DNA of 64,000 bases from Amphiscolops sp. MND2022 (lineage: Eukaryota): assembly GCA_964187785.1 (NCBI GenBank), contig OZ076417.1:43896001-43960000 (forward strand). The letters are read 5' to 3'. The translations under genes and the position numbers were made by a program. Position 1 is the first letter of the stretch; each line of letters begins with the position of its first letter. The notes below the pieces were generated by a model. It made no database searches, was not told the origin of the DNA, and saw only the letters and a program-made list of their open reading frames with translations. Below are positions 31,857-43,400 of this stretch, one piece after another.

Positions 31857-33262
31857 CCCGGGTTGACCCATGGATATCTTAGTAAGATTTATTGTAAAAT
31901 CCTACTTGGCAAGAAAAAATCTGGAAGGAAGTCAACAAAAATCAACACCTATGCAGATTTACATTGTTAGACATGACAATTTTCTGTTCGCAAGGTACAA
32001 ATTTTGATTGAAGAGTCCTGATGATATTTAGGGAGGCACTGAATAAATTGTCCTGTCAATTGCAAAACTGTCGCCAACAACGGCGTCAGAAAAGCCTCGA
32101 TCTGAATAATTACCCAAACTGGGGCAATGACCGCCGTTTCCAGCAGTAATAAGGACGCTGAAACAAGCTCAAAGAAAGCTGGAGATATAATTTTACAAAA
32201 AATTCCGGATTTTTAGGTGTTTCCTGTGCAACTTTCCGATAGTGTTCTGGACGTTTGAGAGCATTTTTCTCCGTCTCTGGAATCGACAGGAGTGATGAAT
32301 TATAAGTTTTAAAAGCCCTTGAAATGACATTTATTTGGTACATTCGCATTCCTCAGTCTTAAACAGGTAGGAGTTATTCGGATTTATATCAGAATTTCGG
32401 AAGCCACCCTTGATGAACAAGCTTGAACTTTTTACATGTACTTTAATGTTGCCATTTAATGTTGATAATCTAAATATCTTACAGAAATTTTAATGCGTTA
32501 GTATTTCCCTGTTGTCACCAACTTTTATCAAGCTGCTTTAAAGGATCATTCAAGCCGTGAAGTTCTGCAAGTTTCAATATGCATCAGTTCTAATTTTAAA
32601 TGCAGCTGAGACGTCAACAATTTTGCCGCCATCTTAATGCAAATTAACTTCATTCACAATGTAAACAGCAAATTAGCATCATCTTCAGCGTCCTATTTGA
32701 AAAGCAGTGACTAAATCAAATGAGTATTTGAGAAATCAATGCGTGAATACAAGGTGATCGTGTCCGTGAAAGAAGGGGAAAATATTTTCAAATTAAATTG
32801 CAGTAATGCAAAATGCAGTGTAATTTTACAAGATTTACCACAGGAACCTTACTGACTTTCTAAGTTTTATTACAAAATTACCCTGCATGCAGGCCTGCAG
32901 CATGTAAAAAGTTCCAGCAGTCTCAACTGGGGCAGAATTTGTTATCGTAATTTTTTGCACATTTTTACATGCAAAAGTTTTTCGACAGGTTGAAGCATTT
33001 TGATTATGAAAACGAGTAGAAATAGTCGTTGTTGGGTGAAATGAGCCTTCAGATTGAGTCTCAGCTGCTCGTTCTGAAGGTATACTTTTTTTTAATCTTA
33101 AAACTTTGTCCATCGTGATAAGATACGATCTTGGAATAATGTATTATCTTAGTACGATCTTGGTAAAAATCTTGCCATGGTATTCATGGTTGCCAAGATG
33201 TTGTGAGAATTTGGCAAGATCTTGCCAAGACAGCGAAAATGCTAGTAAGATGATCACCCCGG
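31857..33262. mobile_element. Unclassified TIR element with CCCGGG termini, copy 1
   Basis: TA|CCCGGGTTGAC ... GATCACCCGGG; AGATCTT-rich subterminal repeats; homologous along its length to 36419-37857. Confidence 0.75.
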
Positions 33263-35009
33263 GCGGATATAACGTCAAAAGTTCGGATGGTTTTGAAATA
33301 ATATATAGGATATATATTGATAAAATCTAATTTCAGACAAAAATGAGATTTTTGAAAATGTCTCAAAATGCTGCAAAATGAGAGGGCTTTTCGGGGTTTT
33401 TTTTATTATGCAGTTGATTGCAGAAAATCAAAACAACCGAAAAAGAGACCCTTCGGCGACATCAAAAAATTTCTGAAAAGAAGTCGCACAATGCCAAAAA
33501 ATCAGTAAATCCAAACTTTATGAGTTGTCAAGTAACAAGAAAAGCTTTGAAAACTATGGTAGCCAAAAGTGGTACCCTTTGGAATCATCCGAGATTGCTT
33601 TCTAGGTAGTAAATAGAAAATTCTAGACAATTCCGTAAAAAATGGATCTCAATATGAGGCCTGTGGTTCGGAGAAAAAAGGTCACTGTAAAAGTCGCAAC
33701 AAGACGAGAACGTCTAAAGTCGGCGCTATATCTGAGGCTCAAAACGTCTTGACTCTTGTCCGGTTTTGTAGGTTACCTTTAAAAAAAGTATTAAAAAATG
33801 AAAAAGGGCACCCTTTGCACTAAGCTTACATTGGCCGGACTTGGCTTTAGTGGTTTCAGGAGTTTCTCTAAAAAGTGGACCGATCAGTGTGAGTCTGAAG
33901 AAAAAAAAACGTCACTTTAACAGTCCTGCATTTTTCCTTAAAATGCATTTTTCCCTTAAAATTACATGTTGGTTAGGCTCGAGCTCACTTCATTTCAGAC
34001 TTTGCTTTGAGAAACACGAAAGAATATTTCTCCAAAGAACGTATTTAAAGACCAACTTTTAATTGTCGATTTCAATGCTTATTCATTCTTGAAAGAACTA
34101 TGATATTTTCAAAAAGCATGAAGCGTTCGAATATGGACACTTTGAATTCTTGATTTGGCATTTTGAGTAATATGAAACAACATCGTCAGCTCTATCATTT
34201 TAACAAAGTGCTGAAGAAGCAATTTTGTGTCTTCAAACTCTATGAATACTAATAACCACCTTAAAGTTCGAAATATGTACGAAATTTCATTAGGTCTTAA
34301 AGTTGAAGAAACATTTAACTTTTGTGGGCTTTTTGAGGTTTTGGGTAGTTGCTTTCATCGTCGTTCGATTCGCTAGATTGTGTAAACTTCGAAATAGCCT
34401 AAAAATGGACAAAAATGCCTCTAAATTGTCAAACATGCTACATTGATAATCATTTCTTTTCTTAACACTCTGTGCAGAATACCCAACAAGATACCAGAAG
34501 TTGGACTTTAAAAAAATCTTAATTCTTTATTGTGCATTTAAAGGCTTTTACCATGAAAATGACTCAATTGTAAAAGGTCTTCTGAATGAAGAAAAGTTTA
34601 GCTTTTGATATTTTAGATTTTCAAAACTATGAAATGTTTCGACATTTGTAGAAAACTTGCTTTAAAAAATCAAGGATTGAAATCATTGAAATATAAAAGT
34701 ATTTTGTGGTTATATTGAGGCACTACTTCAACAAAACTATTGGCCTTTTTCTTCGAAAAAGTGTCCTGGATAGCTGGCTTCGTAATGTTTGAACTTTTGT
34801 TTCCTTTTCCATCCTATAAAAAATCAAAAACTGTGGAAAAACTGCCAAAGAAACTGGAGAGAAATTTGAAAGTTTGACAGTTTTGGTCTCTTTTTGAGAT
34901 TTTTTTTCAATTCGTTTCTAGATTTTTTTAAAAAGCATCCTGTACAGCTGGTTTTCTCGTCTTCGATTTTATTTTGGACACTTAATCTACAAAAAGGTCC
35001 GAGTACACA

Positions 35010-35199
35010 ATGGATTTGTTTGCAAAAATTTTTACTTTTTTGGTAATTTTGGGGTCATGTTATAGTCAGCTTGAGATGTTCAAGAGATTCTTCAAATTCA
35101 TTACGCTCGATGATAAAGTTCTGTCAGTTGAATTCTATTGATGAAACCCTTCAATTTGGGGAGAAAATTGGAACATGGCAAATTTTGGGATACAAATAA
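35010..35199 (+). pseudogene. Possible degenerate paralogous signal peptide + PAN fragment, antisense within intron 2 of the PAN-CTL gene
   Basis: MDLFAKIFTFLVILGSC (leader-like); in a second frame CSRDSS...FCQLNS echoes CSRNST...ICQLNT of exon 1. Short and frameshifted. Confidence 0.35.
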
Positions 35200-36418
35200 T
35201 TTAAAAAGTCAGCTGAGTTAGTATTTTTTTCCATTTGGAAGCATGATTTTGAAACAAACAACAATATCATATACAGTAGCAAATTTCACATGAAGTGATC
35301 TCAAGCAGTGAAGAATTCGAACAAGTCAAACATTCGAAAGATAGAATCACAGAAAATTCGTTTGGCAATAGACATTCATGCTAGATGTCAATTGATGGTC
35401 AATTTTGTAGATTTTTGAACCATTTTCAGTAAGCGCATTTTGTAACAAACAAAACGGGAACGTCTAAAGTCGGAGCTATATCTAAGGCTCAAAAGGCACA
35501 AAGTTTTTAAAATTGTAAAAGGGGGAACCCTTTAGACTTTTTCAAATCCAGATTGTTGTAAAAAATCAAAAAAAAATTGAAGGGGACCCTTTGGAGATAT
35601 TAAAAAAATTCGAAAAAAAATCGCACAGTGCCGAAAAAAATTCAAAGGGGGGACCCTGTGGTCCCGTCCGGTTTTGTATCTTGCGCTAAAAATTGAGGGG
35701 TACCACGAAAGGGACCCTTTGAACTAACTTAGATGCGTTTCCGCTTGCCGGTCCAGTAGTTTAATAGTTCTGTAGAAAAAGTGTCCACTACGCATACATT
35801 CTGTTGTCTGACGAAAAAAACTATTCACTGTAATAGTCGGACTTTTTCCTTTTAGGAAAACGCGCCGACTAAAAATTGATAATACCATGTTAATTTTAGG
35901 GTCTGGACTGTGAAAAACAAAAGAAAAAACTGATCACTGTATTAACGGCTGGATTTTGTTGGAAATTGTGAGAAAAATACAAAAATTGACCAACAACTAA
36001 AATCTCGAAATTGATTTTCAATTTTATTTTCATTTTTGGGGGAGGAAAATCATAATCTGTGTTACGTTTGTTCCAAATTCTGCCAAACCACCACGATCTC
36101 CATCGTCATATTTTAGTTACTTCAAGTAAACAAAATAGTCAAGTATTTATGTAACTCTCAAGTACTTGGCTCTTTTCTATTTTTCCCCCATTACCAAAAC
36201 TTTTGGAAGTAAATTTCCATAAAACTTTAGACTAGCCTAATAAAAGTAAAACCTTTTTTCATAATGGGAATTTAGCGTCTATTGGAATAGTTTTTTGCTT
36301 AAACAAAACCTTGATCACGCTTTTTGACTATAATAATGCTCGCACGATTTTCACTAATTTAATTAAAAAAATTTGGCGGTGGGGGAAAAAAGAAAAGAGC
36401 CAAGTTTTTATGTACGTA

Positions 36419-37857
36419 CCCGGGTTGACACTCCATGGATATCTTAGTAAGATCTTGGCTAAGATCTTGTCAAGATCTTGCTATGGTACTCATTTTGCCA
36501 CTATAAGATCTCATCAAGAGAGCCATGTTCCCAAGAAAATATTTATTGTAAAATCCAGAAAAAATCTGAAAGGAAGTCAACAAAAATCAACATCTATGCA
36601 GATTTACATTGTTAGATATGACAATTTTCTGTTCGCAAGGTACAAAGTTTGATTGAAGAGTCCTGATGATATTTAGGGAGGAACTGATTAAATTGTTCTG
36701 CATTACAGTGCATAGGCAAGCTATTTTGCTGCTTGTCGTGGAATCCGGGACACGATAAATTCTGTGCTTGTCCGTGGAATGCTTGTCCGCGGAATCCGGG
36801 ACTTATGACGTAATTTGCCAATTTTGCACGGCTAAAGGTATGGTCGTGGAATCCGAGGTAATGGAAGCACAAAATTGTCCTTTGAGCAAATTTAGCTTGC
36901 CTATGCACTCTAATGTGTCAATTGCAAAACTGTCGCCAACAACGGCGTCAGAAAAGCCTCGATCTGAATAATTACCCAAACTGGGGCGATGACCGCCGTT
37001 TCTAGCAGTAATAAGGACGCTCAAACAGGCTCAAAGAAAGCTGGAGGCATAACTTTACAAAAAATTTCCGGATTTTTAGGTGTTTCCTGTGTAACTTTCT
37101 GATAGTGGCTCTGGACGTTTGGGAGCATTTTTCTCCGTCTCTGGGATCGACAGGAGTGATAAATTACAAGTTTTAAATGCCCTTGAAATGACCTTTAATT
37201 GATACATTCGCATTTCCCAGTCCTAAACAGTTAAGGAGTTATTCGGATTTTTATCAGAATTTCGGAAGCCACCCTTGTTGAACATGTTTGAACTTTTTAC
37301 ATGTACTTTAATGTTGCCATTTAATGTTGATAATCTAAATATCTTACGGAAACTTTAATGCGTTAATTTTTCCCTGTTGTTACCAACTTTTATCAAGCTG
37401 CTTTAAAGAATCGTTCAAGCCGCGAAGTTATGCAAGTTTCACTATGCATCAGGTCTAATTTTAAATGCAACTGAGACGTCAACATCTTTGCCGCCATTTT
37501 AATGCAACTTAATTTCATTCACAATGTCATCATCATCATTTTCCATTTACTTTTTCACTTTTCAGCAGGTTGGAGCATTTTGATTATGAAAACTAGCAGA
37601 AATAGTCGTTGTTGGGTGAAATGAGCCTTCAGATTGAGTCTCAGCTGCTTGTACTGAAGGTATAGTGTTTTCTATAATCTTAGAATTTTGTCCATCGTCA
37701 TAAGATACCGTCCATCGTGACGATCTTGGAATAAGTATTATCTTAGTAAGATCTTAATAAAAAATTTGCCATGGGATCCAATGCTGCCAAGGTGTAGTAA
37801 GAATTAGGCAAGATCTTGCCAAGACAGCCAAGATGCTAGTAAGAGGGTCAACCCGGG
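36419..37857. mobile_element. Unclassified TIR element with CCCGGG termini, copy 2
   Basis: TA|CCCGGGTTGAC ... GTCAACCCGGG|TA (perfect 11-bp TIR, TA flanks). Confidence 0.82.
36706..36910. mobile_element. Tc1/mariner-type MITE nested in copy 2
   Basis: TA|CAGTGCATAGGCAAGCTA ... TAGCTTGCCTATGCACTC|TA; absent from copy 1; internal GTCCG(T/C)GGAAT repeats. Confidence 0.82.
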
Positions 37858-37888
37858 TATTTATGTATTTATGTTAGGTGCTATTTGA

Positions 37889-38012
37889 GGTACCGTAGCT
37901 CAGTTGGTAGTGCATCCGCCTACCAATCAGTAGGCAGAGAGTTCGAATCTCGCTTCCGCCTGATTTTTTTGACATCGCGGAAAATATCCCGGTGTTTAGC
38001 GGGCGTCTTGTT
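37889..38012 (+). mobile_element. Second tRNA-like Pol III promoter segment fused to a family-1 Helentron-like 3' end
   Basis: A box TAGCTCAGTTGG, B box GAGTTCGAATC, T-run TTTTTTT, then GCGGAAAATATCCCGGTGTTTAGCGGGCGTCTTGTT. Confidence 0.7.
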
Positions 38013-38249
38013 TGGAAAATGCAGAGTGTATTCAAGAGAACTTTTCGAGGAAAAAGCGAAACGCCGGCTTGAGATGTTCAGAACTAGCTGAAGGATGGAA
38101 TCAAGTATGATCCAGGAAAAGTTTGATTGCCCAAACTTTTTCCCGAAAAAATTGAATCGCCATGGTTGAAAAAAAAAGATTCGTTATTTCCAACTGAAAT
38201 TTCATTTTGCTGCTAGATGAGCCGAATTCAATATATTGTGCCTATATAC

Positions 38250-38351
38250 CTTGTTGGCATTCGGAACGTCCGTGTTGTTTCATCCCTCCATAGCGACAGT
38301 TTTTGTTGTCTTGCAGTAGCGTTTCTCCAAATTTCGTCGAAAAAATGTCAG
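38250..38351 (-). CDS. PAN-CTL gene exon 2
   Basis: Phase 1-1, 102 nt, open: ADIFSTKFGETLLQDNKNCRYGGMKQHGRSECQQ; donor GTATAT; weak AAG acceptor. Confidence 0.75.
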
Positions 38352-38948
38352 CTTCATTCGAGGGTTAAAGTTCAAGAGTTGTTGAAAATCAGGCAATTAA
38401 AATCTAACTTGATTTGTCTCAAAAACTATGAAAATACGTCAATCATAAATTCATTTCACTACATACTCGTTCGTAGAGTGTAATTTGAAGTCAACTGTAC
38501 ATAATATGACACTAGAAGTGTTTTTAGCCTGCTAAACCTGATAGTGCCAAAAATTTGAAAACATACTTGAAAAGTTTCAACAATAGAGTTAGTTAATAAA
38601 TTTTGCAGTTTCCCGGGCAAGCTCCAGAACATTGAAAGTTGAGAACATTGCACAAAAATGACTGAATTAATGGTTGAAAAGTGAAAAATTTACAACCGTA
38701 TTGAGGATCCAATCGATACTAATGATAGTCATCTCTGCTTTTTCTAATGGGATTTCAATCGAAGCCAGTTTCGTTTTGATCCCTCTGGAGTCTTTCAGGA
38801 ATGTGTTAACCTAGTATTTTTCTGACGTAGTTCTTGTTTTCTGCCTTTCACCATGATGGCAACTGTATAAATAAATAATGTCGATAAATGATGTCAAAGG
38901 ACAATTTTGTTTATAATTTGAACTATTTCATAGTTGATAACTTTAAAC

Positions 38949-39198
38949 CTGTGTTGAGCTGGCATATTAAATTATCGCAGAAATTGAAAGAAAGGCACGT
39001 TGAATTTCGACTGCATGCTAAAGCGCAAGCGCTGAGGGTTTCAGCCTTCAAGACCCGGGTTCGATTCTCTGTCGATACCAATTGTTTTCCAAGTCTCACG
39101 TCTTCGTAGGTAGTTGTAGCAACAGCGACTGGCTGTTCAACACACTTTGTAGAAATGATTATTGAAAAGGACCCAAAAATAAACAATAAATATACCAT
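38949..39198 (-). CDS. PAN-CTL gene exon 1 (signal peptide + PAN/apple domain)
   Basis: ATG 39198; hydrophobic leader; PAN cysteine pattern; phase-1 donor GTTTAA. Confidence 0.85.
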
Positions 39199-40455
39199 GT
39201 TTATAACCTTGGGCAAAACATTTACAAAATAATGTTTCCTCTAAAATTGAATGTTTTGATGGGACCTATTTTGGAGGCGCCGGCTTTTACAAAAAACGAA
39301 AACACGTTATCTTTGAAGTCTTTGAAACGTTCGAAGTTTGAGGAAAGGAACGCTTGAAAATCATCCGATTATCTCAGAATACTTGAGGATTAAATTTGAG
39401 TGGGACAAAACATAGTTTTCCCACTATGTGAATGGGAAATATGAGGAAATGGTAATCTTTGATATTAGTTCCTTCGTGTGAAAGCTCTTGAATAAACTTA
39501 TGAAGAACTTCGTTCATCTTTTGGAAGAAAAAATTGATAAAAGATCTCCGCGATTGCACTTTACGGTTCCAGAAAAGTAACTGGTTTTACTATTGTTGTA
39601 ATGGTGCTTTTTACAAGTACTTTTTTATACAAAACAAGCTCGTAAAACCTTAGATAAGAGCCCCAAGCGAAGACAGATGTCTTGATAAGACATACAAAGT
39701 GCGAACAAGTAGTTGAGTTGGCCTCTTTTTGTACCCTACGTAGGAATTTGAAGCTTCTCAAGCGTTCATTTCAACGTCTGGAGTTTTAAAGTATATGCTG
39801 ATAAATGTAATTTACAAGCATTTGTTAATTTTGCGCCAAAATTGCTAGTTTTTTCAAACTCAAACATGTTCTCCTAATAGGAAAGTTTCTTGTTTTGCAA
39901 CTTTCCAGGGCATAGTCATCTCAAAAAAAGTATTTCGGCGACCAAATATGACAAAAACGAAACTTGTTTGTTTTTTGGCGGCAACATGGTGATTACAGGC
40001 AATAAATGGTTGAGTTTGCTTTGGATAGTCAGTGACTATTACCTACACAAGTCTAAAGGAACGTTTTTAATTCAGAATTCATGCATGCAAGGCTATTTTC
40101 ACACCTTTGTAAGTATTCCTGGTGCCTTTGTAAAATATCGCCTGATTACAATGTAGTACCCACAACTTCAAACAACATTGAAAACTTTCCCAATTCGTTA
40201 GCTAATCGATCATCACTTTGTTTTCACCTCTGGTTAAATCACCGTTTTTCAAAATGCACGCTAATGTTGACGTTAAATTGCAATTCATTAAGACTTTAGT
40301 CGGGAAGTTTTTCTATTTGTTTTCACATTCGATTTCTTCCTTAAATCAACTTCAGTTTATGTTTGGCAAAACTACACAGAAATGCGAAAAAAATTGTCAA
40401 AACGTGACAAAACGCTCATTTACTGTTGCGTTTCAAAGAAACGCGCTAGCTCAAC

Positions 40456-43400
40456 TGTAATAGACTAGGGGAAAAGTCTGATAAGCAGGCTGAATTAAAA
40501 TTGACGAATATCAGTAGTAACTTGTATCGTATGCAAAACTAAAATTGTATGACAGTATAGCACAGTTTGTATCATGTAGAAAGATAGCTGTTCTTTTAGG
40601 CAGGTACTGTCTAATTAGTCTAGACGACTGTTTCTATCTTCATGTAACATCCCCCCCTCGTGGATGGAGAATTCAGGGAACCCATTCTTTGGGGTTCTTG
40701 GTGGCGGCTTTCTCCTGTTGGTCCAGTTTGGGCTTGTTGAAGGCCTTCATGATGCGTCTAGGTGATGTCACGTCCTTCTTCTAAACCAACTGGGTGTTAT
40801 TAAAAATACTCTATGCCCCCATCTTTTCTACCAGTTTGGCGGTTTTTATCATATTGGACCTCCTGACTTCTAGACCTTCCTTTGGTGATTTTCTAAAAAC
40901 TTTATCCGTTGCCTTAGCGGATTCTACACAGCCTTCCCCCTTACCATATACTCTACCTTCTTCCGACGGTTCGACGGTGATATCCGATTGATTTCGTCGG
41001 AGTGGCCGTGGGATCCCATCCGTTGGTTCGAGTGCCTATTCCGGTACTGCAACCGATGGGTGATGATGGCATCGGGGTTTCGGCCGTGAGTGTGTGGCCT
41101 GTGGCGGTTGTCGGTGGCGGAGCGTCGAATTCCCTGATTTTGTCTGCTTCGGGGTGTTCGTCCGCAGCGTTGCTGTCTCCTTCCGAATTGGCCGTCTGAC
41201 TGTCCGTCGTGATGGTGATGACGGTTCTCTTGTCTTCGACATCACTGTTTGGGATTTTTGGGAAGGACTTACTCGTACTGGCTTCGTCTTTTACCAGTTT
41301 TTCTGAGATCAGCCTTCTGTGGGTCTCGCAGAAGTCACCCTGACTGAATTTGCCAGCACCTGCGGCATCTGCTGGTTGGCTTCCTGGACTCTTCAGGTTT
41401 CTTTGGTGGCTGAAATTTCAGAGGGCTAGATGCTAGTTTTTTATGTACTATTTTCCCGTCGGCCGTCGTGATGGTGTGACCTGTTCCTCTCACGGCCGTT
41501 AGAGCTTTGTTTACCTTAAACCTGCACTTCATAGCATTGGGTTTATCCTCCTTTTCGTAAAACTGGTACTGTTTAAAGTTTTGGCTTACCGAACGGGGTC
41601 TCTTCTTGCTTTCATTCAGGACGAGATAGTCGGCCATCTCTTCGTCCGATTCGTGTATATTGAACACCTGCAGTTCTGACGGTTGTGCTGAAATATACTT
41701 GTTTACCGTTTTCTTTCAATTGGACAGGAGACATGATGGCTGGCCAATCATATTGGTATTCGCCGTGCGCGGCTTTCGTCCGAAATGCAATTGGAAAGTA
41801 GTCATATTTAGTTTGCTATGTAGTGATTGTCTGATCGTCCTAATTGCTAATTGAACGCTTTCTTCAAAAGTTAATCCGTCCTCCAAATTAGCTCTCGTTA
41901 ACGACTTAATCGTCCGTATGGTCGTTTCGACCAATCCCGTGCCTGTATGAAGGTTCGGCGTGCAGCGTAAGAATTTGACCTTTTCGCCGGCGCAAAATTG
42001 CTTTAATTTCGTGGCTTTTGAAACAACAGCCGTTATCGGTGCGGATAGTCCGCAGTGTTCCGTTGTCCGATAAAAGTTTCGTTTGAAACTTTATTACAGT
42101 CCGAGTGTCCGTATTTTTGCAAATCTGTGCGGTGGGACATTTGCTAAAACGGTCTACGGCGACCAAAATGTAAACATCGCCACGTGTATTGGATTTTATT
42201 GGACCTGCGAAGTCCAATTGGATTTTTTGGTTCGGTTCGGTTAAAATTTCTAAACGGTTTATTTCCGTGGTTGGTAGTTGCGTTCTAAGATTCTTACCTG
42301 CGGCTCTGCAGCTAGGACAGTTTTCGGATTTTGCGGTACATTCCTGGCACCAAAAAGCTTTCGCTGCCTTGGCCATCTTGTCGATTGCTGCGTGCCCATT
42401 ATGCAGCATTGCCACCACGGTCGTCCTCATCGCCTCGGGGATAATTACCTTGTCGTTGAGAAACAACAGGCCAAATCGTTTAGACAAGTGGTTTCGGTAG
42501 GGGTGGTATGGGTAAAAATTACTCTCGATTTGATTAGATTCCAGAGCCGAGATAGCGTTTAGAATTTTCACATCCCGGTCTGTTTCTTCTATCAGCATTG
42601 GAAGGTCTAATGCGAGATTCTTCTCCGCTCTCTGAATCGCTTCGGCCGTCTTTTCCTTCAGCTCGGGTTCCATGGTGATTCGTTTGGCTGTTTGTTTGAG
42701 CCGGATCAGGTTTACACTTTCGTGCTTTTTCAATTTCTTCAATACGCTCGTCGGGCATTTTTCCTGTTGTAGTTGACTGACCTGACTTTCCCCATCTGAG
42801 CTATTTAACCAAGATTCATGGTTGTTCTGTTGGTACTCCTGGAGGGGGGTGGTTCCGAGTGTTTGGCAGTACTTGAAGAATCTATTTTATATCTCAGTAT
42901 TCAACTTTTCCACTTGCTTGCAGCCTTGTTGCGACGGCCGGTACTCTTGCAACCTCTCGTTTTCCCGTCCTGCTCTGACGATTCGCAATCGGTCCGGCTT
43001 TAAAATGCGGTTCCTCTTTTTTCGCAATCGATCAGTTTCTGGGGAATGACCCCGCTTTTTGAAGATAAACTTCATTTCAATTCCGTTCACTTTATCCATG
43101 CTGGCTTTTGACGGTTGCTTGCTGAGTGAATTGACTAGATTGATGCTGTTCAATGAAGTTTCAGATGAGTGAACGGTTAGATGCTGCTCTTGTAATTGTT
43201 TGCCGTGTTGTGATTGGTCGATTTGCTGCGACGCCGCGGTTCGTTCGATGAATTGCGTAATACTTCTGATAGTTCGGTTAAATTCAAATAAGTCGTATAT
43301 CTGATTTATGACGAACTCTTCTTCGGCTTTCGTCTCTTCTTGACATATTGCTTCGTCGTTCATCTCGGACTCGTCGGAGTTTGCTATCGGATGGCGGCTT

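Larger units (their letters stand above)
29816..39198 (-). pseudogene. Secreted PAN/apple + C-type lectin domain gene, 5 exons (39198-38949, 38351-38250, ~31282-31218, 30971-30584, 30012-29816); probably inactivated
   Basis: Signal peptide MVYLLFIFGSFSIIISTKC. PAN cysteines CALACSRNSTCLSFNFCDNLICQLN. Linker DIFST...CRYGGM...ECQQ / EICQEMYKGVDREWGEW. CTL: SWHEAKQNCEDRNGTLL, YWLGVY, WYDVQG, NWGVDQPDS, final VC. Splice phases are consistent. Exon 4 has an in-frame TGA (30935-30933) and a stop-containing 99-nt insertion; the exon 3 acceptor is ambiguous. Confidence 0.75.

Noticed and set aside
39006-39080. 75-nt tRNA-Glu-like string on + (CCCGGGTTCGATTC ... CCA, TTC in a loop)
   Set aside because: The 3' side is 2 nt too short, the T-stem and D-arm pair poorly, and it lies antisense within the well-supported PAN exon. 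Treated as coincidence.
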